Shown piece by piece: positions 13,495-25,088 of a stretch of DNA of 64,000 nt. Under the pieces are notes generated by a model. That model was not told where the DNA came from, searched no databases, and saw only the letters and a program-made list of their open reading frames with translations. Position numbers and translations under genes: made by a program. The DNA lies in assembly GCF_006345805.1 (NCBI RefSeq), contig NW_021837029.1, positions 2,938 to 66,937 on the forward strand, read 5' to 3'. Every line of letters begins with the position of its first letter. Positions within the stretch are counted from its first letter, which is position 1. The stretch comes from Octopus sinensis (lineage: Eukaryota).

Positions 13495-13620
13495 TAATCA
13501 AATGAATAATAACAAACGATGGATAATTGTCATCTCATTACAGCTGTGTCTTACGTAACTTTTTAATAGCAGAATGAGAACATTACATCTCTATAAAAGA
13601 TTACGGAATCATCAGTTCAA
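13495..13620. repeat. Unclassified dispersed repeat (second copy 25518-25665)
   Basis: TAATC(A/G)AATGAATAATAACAAACGATGGATAATTGTCATCTCATT...GATTACGGAATCATCAG present twice, each directly after a (TA)n tract. Confidence 0.7.
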
Positions 13621-13991
13621 TACGCAAACAACAAGAGAAAGAAATGGAAAACAGAACAAGTAACATAAAGAACGACCCTTCATCAGTTGCCAGCTATCTA
13701 TCAACTACTCATTTCGAGCATTGAACCACAATATGAGTCTTCGAAGACAGTTGCTTTCATAAGCACCATAATAAAATTTGGGATTTATGGAGGGTCAAAG
13801 TTGGGAGCAAAAACAAGACAGTGGAGACATACAAGGAAACAAAGATGTTCGAAATGAGGAGTAGATGGACAGCCGACACCTGATGAAGGATCGTTCTTTA
13901 TGTTACTTGTCCTGTTTCCCATTTGTTTCTCTCGTTGTTTGTTTTCGTATTTCATGTTGTTTACTGTTGGTGACGTCCTGTACCCATATAT
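13621..13991. repeat. Two diverged inverted copies of repeat family P2 (CGAAA...CTGATGAAGG...GTCCTGTACCCATATATGC), possibly Penelope-derived
   Basis: 13621-13718 (-) aligns to 13849-13949 (+); further copies at 31408-31592 (+) and ~52325-52378 (-). Confidence 0.6.
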
Positions 13992-14065
13992 GCATATATA
14001 CATACATAGATACATATATATATATATATATATCTATATATGTATATATATATACATATATATAT

Positions 14066-14097
<32 letters not shown>

Positions 14098-14156
14098 CTA
14101 TCTATATATACAACATACATACATATATATATATGTATATTATATATATATCTATA

Positions 14157-14534
14157 TCTCTCTATATATAAACGGCAGTTTGTTGTGTGTGTGTCTGTGT
14201 GTCTGTTAGGTTGTACCCTCACCTGACCACGGCTTCAACCGATTCTGATGAAACTTGATACACACATAGCCCAATGTCATAATTCAAAACTAACGCAGCG
14301 AAAATTTTGAAAAGTTCCCCCAGTTCTGAAAAAAATCGATAAATTCGACATGGGGTCGAAAATCAGAAACACAAACCACAGACTGTCTAGGGGACGCAAC
14401 TCGACCTTTTTAACTCTCAAAAAAATTTACCATCATTTTTTTTCCATTTTTTTCTATTTTTTGGCTATAACTCTCTAAAAATGCTTTATAGTTATTTCCC
14501 TTACAAACCCGAGAACGCCGGGCGATACTGCTAG
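14157..14534 (+). mobile_element. Non-autonomous Helitron
   Basis: A|TC 5' end, subterminal hairpin CCCG-AGAACGC-CGGG (14508-14522), 3' CTAG|T; second copy at 37616-37997 (-). Confidence 0.85.
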
Positions 14535-14783
14535 TCTATATATATATATATGTATGTATGTATGTATGTATACGTATATGTGTATATGATATGTATGCAT
14601 GTGTGTATGTGCATGTGTATGTGTTTGTATATGTAAATACATGTTTCTGAATGTATGCAATGTATGAATGTTTTTTATGTAGAAAGAGAGTGGGGAGGGG
14701 AAGAGAAATAGAAAGGGAGAGAGAGACAGGGATATAGACAGACAGGGAGACACAGAAAGTTATTGACAGACAGACAGACAGAC

Positions 14784-14817
<34 letters not shown>

Positions 14818-16168
14818 GATAGGTAGGTAGATCTCCCCTATCCCTTTATTCTTCATGCTGTCAAACTTCTCACAGATATATATATATATATACAAATACC
14901 CCTTTATTTCTTCCTTTCTTTTCTTCTCTCTATCTTTCGTGACCTTTCCATCCTTTATAGTATAAAATTCAATCAAAACGAAATCATCCCAAAACGCGTT
15001 TTTCTTTGTTAGTTTTTTAAACTTATTTAACTGTTTATTTTATACATGGATTTTTTTCCCTTCCGTTTTGTTTACGTTTGTTGTTTTTATTTTTATTTTC
15101 CTTTCTTTTTTTTTTCTTCTGGATTTTTCAGAATTTCCTCCAAACAATTTTGCCTTCCCTCCCACCATCATTTGAATTATATAAATTAAGATGCTTCATA
15201 AAAGACAAACATAAGTTGTATCCGCGCTTCCATACATACAGAGACATATATACACATATATATATAATTTATAGGAACAAATACATACTCGCATATATAC
15301 ATAAGTAGATAATATGTCTTTGTGTATGAGTGAACACACACACATACATATATATGCATGTAAATATATTTGTGCATATATATATATATATATATAATAT
15401 AAATATATATATATATATATATATAATATATATAAATATATATACAGAGAGAGAGAGAGAGAGTGTGAGTGAGAGAGAGACAGACAGACAGACCGCGCCC
15501 GCACACGATCAAGCACACGTGCACGCACACACATGAACACATGCGCACACACGCCCACACGCACATACGCATACACACTCGCATGCACACGCGCACACAC
15601 ATGGATATATATACATACTTATATACGTGTGCGTATGCGATTATATATATGTATGTATGTACGTATATTTATACATACACGTGTGTGTGTGTGTGTGTAG
15701 GTGTGTGTGTGTGTTCTCTCGCGCGCACATGTGTGTGTGCATATATGCATATATAGGAGTGCTTATGGATGCAAATACATTTTCCTTCTCATATTTACAC
15801 ACAAGCATTCGCACAACAAAATTCGATGACAAATACATAGATAGACGCCTGCACTTTTGGTAAGATATATAATGAGAGAGAGAGAGAGAGAGATAGAGAG
15901 AGGGAGAGAGAGAGACGGAGAGAGAAAGAGAGAGTAAGAAAAAAGTAGATTAGAAAGGGAGCGACTGATAGAGAGAATAATAGAAAGAGAGACATAGAGG
16001 TGTCAAGACACGCCTACATTCATGTATATCTATCTATCAATCTGTCCGTCCGTCGTCCGCCATTTGTCTGTCTGTCTATCTATCTGTCTATCTATCTATC
16101 TATCTATCTATCTATAGACAAATAGATAGATAATAAACACAAATTTATGAATACCTATGCAATAATAT

Positions 16169-16263
<95 letters not shown>

Positions 16264-16371
16264 AAATCTATTGATGTACATGTATTTATATATGTATACA
16301 CACCCGGCTTCGTCTTTTTTCTTTTTCGGTAAAGTCTCCATATATATATATACACACACGCACACACAACG

Positions 16372-16404
<33 letters not shown>

Positions 16405-16790
16405 GCATCATGTATTATGTATGTATGTATGTATGAATCCCCCCTCTCTCTCTATATATATATATATATATGAAGAGAGATAAGAGAAGAGAGTGAGTGG
16501 GTGTGCCTAATTTGGTGTGTGTTGGTTGAGTTTAAGAGAACGAGATACATACATACAAAAGCATAAATGCATTTCCTATTAAATTATCAAACCATCAGTT
16601 TCTATTCAATGGTAAAATTGGAAGAACATTACGTATACATATCCTATGAGAATGCGTATACCCTACCGGAGACACAAACAAGCTCATACACGCACACATA
16701 CATACCTGTGTGTGTGTGTGTGCTTGTGTGTGTGCTGCTTGTGTGTGGTGTGTGTAATATATATATATATATATTGTGTAAATATATATA

Positions 16791-16914
16791 GGGAGAGTTT
16801 ACGAAAAAAACAAAATACGAAGACAGGTGGTGTACAAAACAAACAGATGTATTAGTATAACGCTCAGGAATAGAAAAGTATTTTACGTTTCGAGCCTACG
16901 CTCTTCTACAGAAA
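16791..16914 (-). mobile_element. P1 family partial copy
   Basis: Matches 12893-13019 in reverse complement. Confidence 0.55.
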
Positions 16915-17238
16915 TATATATATATGCATATGTATATATATATCTCAAAGAAGTTTCATATATCCCAGAGACAAGTACTTAATGTAAAGAATATAGAGTT
17001 AATATGTGTACTTATGAAATCCTGTTAACCTGTCAGGTTTCTCCGAGTTATATTTGATTCCTAACTGATTATTAATCATGAGACATAGCACGACACTCTC
17101 GTGGCTTAACAGGATTTCTATGTGTGCGCGCATACACACGTACACATATGCTTGCGCGCACACACATACACATATATACCTAGATGTATATTCATGAATA
17201 CGAATGTACACATGTGTATGTTTATACATATATACATG

Positions 17239-17239
17239 C

Positions 17240-17303
<64 letters not shown>

Positions 17304-17312
17304 TTATCTATC
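17239..17312. repeat. (TATC)n array 5' of the Tx1-like element
   Basis: Direct inspection. Confidence 0.95.
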
Positions 17313-17530
17313 GGACAGACAGACGCAAGTCAAATGGGCTCCACGTAAATTGGTATTTTTATACGTTCAAAAGTGTATATTGACAAATATTTTGTGTTTA
17401 AAAGTTGTGCAACAACATCCACTGCAAACCTTTGATAAATATCTACACAAAATTTTGCCCCTTGTGGGCAAAATTTAAAAGAAAAATTCTCATAGCCTTC
17501 GTGGTTTCATTTAGCCATTTTATTTCCAAA

Positions 17531-19665
17531 ATGGCCACTGGTCACCACGAGGCTGAGGTGCAAGTCAAGCGTGACGCAGAGACAGAAAAACAGGATGCTC
17601 TGTTAGCATACGCTGAACCTGACAACAACCCACCACCTCCACCACCATCAACATCGACAACAGCAACAAATACAAAACAAAGGTCGCAAGGCCAAGCACC
17701 GTCAACACCATCAGTAAGTCCACCACCAACACCGACAACAACACCATGGCAGAATCTGCTACTAAAACTACTATCCCTACTAAAGACATCGCCACCAATA
17801 ACAATACCAACACCACCATCACCGCCACCAAAGACCGTGCCGTCAATGCTACTAATACTACTAACACCACCGCCGTCACCAAGAACGACAATAACAACAA
17901 CAACAACGACGACGACAACAACAATTCCCTTCAACCACTGCTCACTCCATCACCAACAAGTGAAAAAATAACGACGACAAGCAAACGAAATGCCGAAATT
18001 TGCGCTAATGCAGGACTAAATTACGCAGGCAATTTCCCACCCCTTGCTAGTTGCATAATCAGCAACCACAAACCTACAACCCACACCCCTGCCATCAACA
18101 CCAACACCACCGGCAGTAACAACAATAACAAAACAACAAACTTCGCCGAGGCGATAAAAGAAAAGGTAACAAAAGTTTCGTTTACTACACAACAGATTAA
18201 AGATTGCAGAAACCTTATTACAAATGAAAACGGAAAAATACTCTTACACATACCTCAGCACATATGAATGAGGAGAAAAAGACAATTGTATATAAAATCA
18301 CAAATAAAAAACTAAAAGTCCAGAAAAGGCAAGCACAGACAAAGTCGAAAAGTGCTTACGCCCCATCTGGGGATACAAGGATTGTGTGACTTGGGCGAAC
18401 AAGTTCGCACACGTACAGTGGTTTTTCAGAATGAAGAGTTGGCGAAGAAATTCTCAACGATAACCCTTCATTCTGATGAACTAACGTTGACACCGAGTTA
18501 CCTCGGCCAGAAGGTGACGAAAGTCATTATCAGTGGTGTCCCCCAAGTGACTACAACACTGTGGATAACATCCGCCTTAACATCCGAAATGGAGGACTTA
18601 AACATCCTAGATATCGGTGTTTCGGAAAACAAGGACTGGCTGGGAAAGAGAATAGAGTTCCTCTTCCACATAAGTCAAGAGGACATAAATAAAATCCCCA
18701 CCCACGTACATCTTGAGGATGGCCGCAAGTTATACGTAGTAGTCGAGGGCAGAAGGCCACGATGCTATACATGTGGCAGTGAGGCACACCTCAAAAGGAG
18801 TGCAAATCTGCCGCAAAATTACAACAACAACAACAGCCACAGGAAAAATCACAAAAGCCAGGATTATTGCCCACACCACAATATGGACAGCTAGTCAAGA
18901 AGCTGTATGCGGAAATGCAGGAAAAACAACAAAGAACAAGCCAAACCAACAAAACAACACCAACACCAGCGCCAAGAACAGAATCATCACCACCAACAAC
19001 AAATAAACCAATTCCAACACCAAGAATAACAACGAAGAAGACAAGCACCAAGGATGTAGGAGAGACAATAACCACAACAAACCCCCAGCAACACCCTCCC
19101 CGCGCACCACAACAATATCTACAACCGCACAAACACACCCAGACGCTTTACCCTTGCCCCCTGCTGATTCGTCAGACTTTTCATCTAACGATGAAAGTTC
19201 GACAGAATGGCAAATAGCCACAGGGGGTAAAAGAAAAAGATCAAGAAAAACCAAACAAGAAATCGCAACCAAAGCAGGGAGATACCTGAACCCTGAAAAC
19301 TCCATACACAAAAAACAAGCACCAACACCACAAAAACAATGCTATCAGCGATAGACACAAAAGACTCCAAACTAATGGAGTACATCACAGGATACACAAA
19401 CATTTGTGAAGATGACTTTAAAAATAGCAATCATCCACGCACTACACCACCCAAACACATCAAAATACTACACATCACAAAACAACACCACAAACTCAAA
19501 GCCCTCTTCCCAAATGCTGTAGGGGTTTCCAGAAATATCTGTCCCAAAAACTATATAGAAACCTCCTCGAAGACACATCAAAGAACGAGGAAGCCAAAAC
19601 TTTCGACACAAGTAAGTAACTCTCTGTACTTTCATTTGTGTGTTTTAAAGCACACACCCCAATAG
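17531..19665 (+). CDS. Tx1-like ORF1 (gag-like): low-complexity T/N/P N-terminus, RRM-like region, CCHC zinc knuckle; several frameshifts
   Basis: ATG at 17531 (MATGHHEAEVQ...); KVTKVIISGVP...LYVVVEGRRPRCYTCGSEAHLKR(EC) = C-X2-C-X4-H-X4-C with a frameshift before the last C; stop 4 nt before the ORF2 ATG. The exact C-terminal frame is uncertain. Confidence 0.75.
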
Positions 19666-19669
19666 AATC

Positions 19670-22600
19670 ATGGTCAAGATTGGTTGTGTGAATGCGCGTG
19701 GCTTGGGGTCTCCTTGGAAACAAGGATACCTCCTAAATGACATCAAGTCACATGATTTGGGAATCATAGCCATAAGTGAGACCAGACTCCACGAGCCACG
19801 GGCCCTAAAGTCCATGTTTGGCGGACAGTTTAACATTTATTTCGCTCCCTGTCTGCCGAGGATGGGCGGTAGTGGCACCGCGGTACGTTCTTTTTCACAA
19901 GAGCCTGGATCTCGAAGTCAAGACGATATTCGTAGACCCGGAGGGTAGACTGATCGTTCTGGATGTTGACGGCAGCAATGGGTGCGCTTTTCGACTCGTA
20001 TCAGTCTACGCACCGCCCTTAACAGGTCGGGCGGATTTCTTTCGACGTCTAGAAGTATTCTTGGGAACGTCTCGTCCTTTACTCTTAGTGGGGGATTGGA
20101 ATGCTACCTTGGACACGCATGTAGACTACGTGGGTAGAGACAGAACAGACAGGGGATGCAAATGCCTCAGAGACCTGCTCAGACGATTCCAACTGTCTGA
20201 CAGGTACCGACTCGACCACCCAAATGCACCAACGTGGACATGGAGCAACCGCAGTGGGTCGTCGAGATCGTATCTAGATAGGATACTGTGTAGGACAGTA
20301 GACAAGGATAACTTAGGATGTCCACAATTCCACACAGTCAGCTACACGGATCACAAATTGGTGACGTGTACGCTAGACTTAGATAAGGCACATAGACAGG
20401 GTCCTGGGTACTGGAAACTGAACGCATCATTCCCGTCCAGACAAGTTTTCAGAGACCGGATTAGCACACTAGTAAAGAGGGCTTTGACGGGAGCCATCAT
20501 CAACAACAAATGGTGGTTTGCCCTCAAGAGAGCAGTAAAAGCAGAAGCGATTAGGTACAGCAAAGCACTAGCCATAGATAGAAATAGAGTAGAGGGTGAG
20601 CTAGTTAAGAAGCTAGAAGAGGCAATTAGAAGCGGCATCGCATCCGACGTTTTGGCGGCGAGGTTGGCCCTCGACCAACACTTCAACGCCAAACACGAAG
20701 GATGTGCTGTCAGAGCTAGGATGCGTGCTCTAAGGAACGAAGGTGTTGGAGCCGCGAGAGAGGCCCGGGTGGCAGAGGCGCAACAGGGCAACAAAGCCAC
20801 CATTCGGTCACTGGTAGATGAACAGGGGCGCGAATTGCTCGAGCCAAGTAAAATGTGTGAGGCCTTTCAGCAGCATTTTGCCCGACTGTTCGGGACGAGT
20901 GGAGGGCAAGAACGTAGGGTAGACTTCAGTGCCTACCTACATAGCCTGCCACGACTCTCGACAAGAAAGGCAGGGTGCTGCGAAGGTGCCATCACGGCGG
21001 CGGAAGTGCGGGAAGCGATGGCAGAATGCTCGAGGGACAAATCACCGGGTTTGGATGGTCTACCCTACGAATTTTACTATTGTATGCCAGACTTGTTTGG
21101 AGACGTCTTGGCAGCGGTATACTGCAACTGGCAGCAAAACGGGAGCATACCCGGTTTTGTGAGTCGAGGAGCTGTAACTCTGCTGAAGAAAGATCCAAAC
21201 AAGGGAAACATTATAGATAACTTTAGGCCAATCACTCTGCTCAATGCAGACCTGAAAATTTTGACAAAGGTGTTAGCCAAGAGGTTGGCGCTTGTCATGG
21301 AGAAACTGGTCGACAACGCACAAACGTGCGCCGTGCCGGGCCGGAGCATCCATGACAACCTCCATCTGATGCGCTACATCATAGACAGGGTAGTTAACGA
21401 ACCTGGCATGGGTGGGGCCCTGATCAACTTGGATCAATCGAAAGCCTTTGATAGGGTAGACCATCGATACTTGGAGGCAGTCCTGAGAGCGGCTGGTTTC
21501 GGTCCCGTCTTCCGCGGCTGGATAGCTGGCTTGTACAGAGGCATCCGTTCGGTAATTCGCGTAAATGGACATCTATCGAGACCCTTCGACATTGCACGTT
21601 CGGTCCGTCAGGGATGCCCCCTCTCGGCGCTTCTATACGTATTGACTCTTGAGCCACTACTGCGGAAGCTGGCGACTCTGAGGGGCATCCCGCGAGAATT
21701 AGGATGCGGGACGAGCGTGTCTGCATACGCGGACGACGTCACCGTCATAGTGTCAAGCCACGAGCACATCGAGCGGGTCGGCGAGAGACACTGAAAGACT
21801 ACGAAGCGGTGACAGGAGCAAAAATCAACCGGGAAAAGTCAGTGGGCTTGCGGCTCGGCACCTGGAGAAGCAAGCCCATGCCGTCCACCAGTACCTCCGT
21901 CGTGGACGCTGGACAGACGGCCCGGTTGAGTTGCTCGGGGTCTGGTTCGGTCCGGACCTCCAAATGGAGAAGAACTGGAACGAGATAACGAGTAGGGTGG
22001 TCACTCTCGCCAGCAATGGGCCGAGAGGAAACTGTCCCTAAAAGGTCGGGCGGAGGTGGTGAACGCGTACATCGCGTCCATCATCTACTACCGCCTGACC
22101 GTCGTACCTTGTCCCGACCCTACCATCACCAAACTAGAACGCATCCTCTTCCGCTTCTTGTGGAAAGGATGCGTCCCGATGGTCAGGCGATCATTTGCTG
22201 TCAACACCCGTTAAAAGGAGGGCTGGGCATGCCGTGGTTGATGATGCGCAGACACGCGCTGAGACTGCGACATCTCCGGCTCTATGTAGACGACGGTGAA
22301 CAGGTGTGGTCGCCGTTTGTGAGGCACGCATTCCCGCAACTCGTCTCCATGACCGAACTACAGTCGTGGATCAAAAAGAGGCCGAAGAAGGGCGAATGGC
22401 ACCGCGAGTGTCGCGTTGCTCTCAAGCAACTCTGCCGTCCCGGGTCGACCTTGAGTGACTTCAACACAACCAAAGCATTCTATAGGGGATTAGTGGAGGG
22501 GAGGTACGACGACGAGCTCGGGGCAAACCTGGGCGTCGACGAGGAATACCTGACCCGCCTGTTTCAAACGACTTTCGGCCCGGGACCTATGGACAACTTC

Positions 22601-23108
22601 CAGAGATCCCTGGCCTGGCGGTGCTACCGAGAAGCGCTACCCGTTCGGGATAAGCTCTATAGGCATGGCTCGAGAAACACGGGGCCGACCTGCCCGAGAT
22701 GCGGGCAGAGCGACGAAACCGCTCTGCACGCAATCGTGCAGTGTCCAGCAATTTCCCACCTGTGGGCTTATGTCGAACGACTGCTGTCACGTGTGGGACG
22801 TGTCGGTTTATCAGCCGAGTCTATCGTTAATATCGTCACGCCTCCTTCCTTCAAACGGGAAGGAAGAGCTATTTTTATCATACTTGTGGCTATGGCGAAA
22901 GAATGTATCTGGTGGACGCGTCTGAAAGGATTAGAGACAAACACTTTCCTCTCTGGTCAATCTCTCATCAACTTCTTCAAGTATCACTTGAAGAAAAAAG
23001 TGAGAGTAGAGAGGCAAGTTTTGTCTAGTGAATGTTTTAAAAAAGATGGTGAATGTAGCAAGGATGGCACGTATGAATGACGAAGCCACCTTGACTATGA
23101 TTCTATGA
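19670..23108 (+). CDS. Tx1-like ORF2: APE endonuclease, reverse transcriptase and C-terminal zf-RVT (~1145 aa after frame repair)
   Basis: MVKIGCVNARGL, IAISETRL, LVGDWNA, SYLDRIL, TDHKLV, GYWKLN, KSPGLDGL, FRPITLLNADLKI, DQSKAFDRVDH, RQGCPLS, AYADDV, GGLGMP, CPRCGQSDETALHAIVQC. About six small indels; I saw no in-frame nonsense substitutions. Confidence 0.92.
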
Positions 23109-23505
23109 ACCGTAAAAATTAATACAGAGAGTTGCTTATTTGCAAAAAAAAAAAAAAAAAAGAAATATAACATGTGACTTCATTGACCGAGGTTACCGTG
23201 GTCTTTTCCGTAGGCTTTTCTTTCCACGGGTAAACCTCACCTGTCCTCCCCCTTACACTTCATATTGACATTTCTGTGATAACGATCCCTATTGATCAAT
23301 TTTTTTCCTCTCCCCCCTTTTTTTAACCCCCCCCTTTTTTTCGTCCTCTTTCTCTCCTTTTACGATCCCCTTTGATCGACGCCCCCCATTTTTTATTTAT
23401 TTATTTTTTTATTATTTTTATTTTTTATTTTTTTTACCTTCAAAAGAAAAGCTCTACCTTGTAATTTGTTCTATCTGTGTGCAGCCCTGTGTGGCTATAA
23501 AGAAA

Positions 23506-23536
23506 CATATCTATCTATCTATCTATCTATCTATCG

Positions 23537-23568
<32 letters not shown>

Positions 23569-23641
23569 CTATCTATCTATCATCTATCTATCTATATCTA
23601 TCTCTACTATCTATCTCTATCTATCTATCTATCTATATATT

Positions 23642-23697
<56 letters not shown>

Positions 23698-23733
23698 CTC
23701 TCTAGCTATCAAGGCTATCTATCTATCTATCTA

Positions 23734-23771
<38 letters not shown>

Positions 23772-23793
23772 CTATCTATCTATCTATCTATCG

Positions 23794-23825
<32 letters not shown>
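23506..23825. repeat. (TATC)n array 3' of the Tx1-like element
   Basis: Direct inspection; begins immediately after TAAAGAAA. Confidence 0.95.
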
Positions 23826-23828
<3 letters not shown>

Positions 23829-23896
23829 CTCTCTCTCTCTGAATCTACATGTGTGTATATATTCGTACCCCCCACACCCAACATGTATATAGATAG

Positions 23897-23928
<32 letters not shown>

Positions 23929-24503
23929 TTGTATGTATACCCTACGATGGAGCGGTGTCCAGTCAAAGTGGAGGATATATATGTTACAGAATCCGGAAAA
24001 TCAACCTGATGATATGATTATGACTCGAGAAGGACTTTTGATACTGTTTTTTTCCTTTTTTATTTTTGGTACGTGTATACAAATTACATCAGTTTTATTT
24101 GAGATGATTTGTATGAATTTCGCCAAAAGACGCTTAGCTCATTAAAGAAAAGCTTCTTCCTCCGCGAAATCGGGATAACTGCGGTCCATCTGAAAAACGA
24201 ACCCTGCAAGATGTGGTGGTTGTTGCAGTGATACAATCATGTCCACGGGGCGCGGCTGGACACGCCATTTTTTTCTTTTTGTTTTCTTGGTAATGTAGTT
24301 CTGGGGATTTTCTCGATAATATGAACTTTTTGTAATTTTTGTGTTTTTTTGTGTCTTTTCTTCCTGTGAAAATACGTTGCCAAATAGAAGTATTACAATT
24401 TAAAAAAAAAAAATTGTAAAGGTAACTTAAAATTTTGCTCTAAAAAAGAAATTAATTTATGCCAGTTAGTACAACTAATCGTGAAAATCCTATTATCACA
24501 CCT

Positions 24504-25088
24504 GTTTGTTTACTACCCACAAAGGGCTAAACATAGAGGGGACAAACAAGGACAGACAAACGGATTAAGTCGATTATATCGACCCCAATGCATAACTGGT
24601 ACTTATTTAATCGACCCCGAAAGGATGAAAGGCAAAGTCGACCTCGGCGGAATTTGAACTCAGAACGTAGCGGCAGACAAAATACCTATTTCTTTACTAC
24701 CCACAAGGGGCTAAACACAGAGGGGACAAACAAGGACAGACAAACGGATTAAGTCGATTATATCGACCCCAGTGCGTAACTGGTACTTAATTTATCTACC
24801 CCGAAAGGATAAAAGGCAAAGTGAACCTCGGCAGAATTTGAACTCAGAACGTAACGGCAGACGAAATACCTATTTCGTTACTACCCACAAGGGGCTAAAC
24901 ACAGAGAGGACAAACAAGGACAGACAACGGATTAAGTCGATTATATCAACCCCAGTGCGTAACTGGTCCTTAATTTATCGACCCCAAAAGGATGAAAGGT
25001 AAAATCGACCTCGGCGGAATTTGAACTCAGAACGTAGCGGCAGACGAAATACCGCTAAGAATTTCGCCCGGCGCGCTAACGATTCAGC
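24504..25088 (-). mobile_element. SINE family M, tail A: one head plus three tandem 184-bp units
   Basis: TACTACCCAC at 24511, 24695 and 24879 (period 184); head at ~25040-25088. Confidence 0.9.

Larger units (their letters stand above)
17313..23505 (+). mobile_element. Apparently full-length Tx1/L1-clade non-LTR retrotransposon (~6.2 kb)
   Basis: ~200-nt leader, ORF1 with CCHC knuckle, ORF2 APE-RT-zf, ~400-nt pyrimidine-rich 3' UTR ending TAAAGAAA; (TATC)n on both sides. The 5' boundary is approximate. Confidence 0.92.

Noticed and set aside
17542-17934. Antisense ORFs over Tx1 ORF1/ORF2 (poly-V/G and others)
   Set aside because: Shadow frames of the A/C-rich or GC-rich sense ORFs.
24511-24694. 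184-bp tandem unit considered as a retrozyme or CRISPR-like array
   Set aside because: No CUGANGA/GAAA core on either strand and no unique spacers; it is SINE body plus tail.
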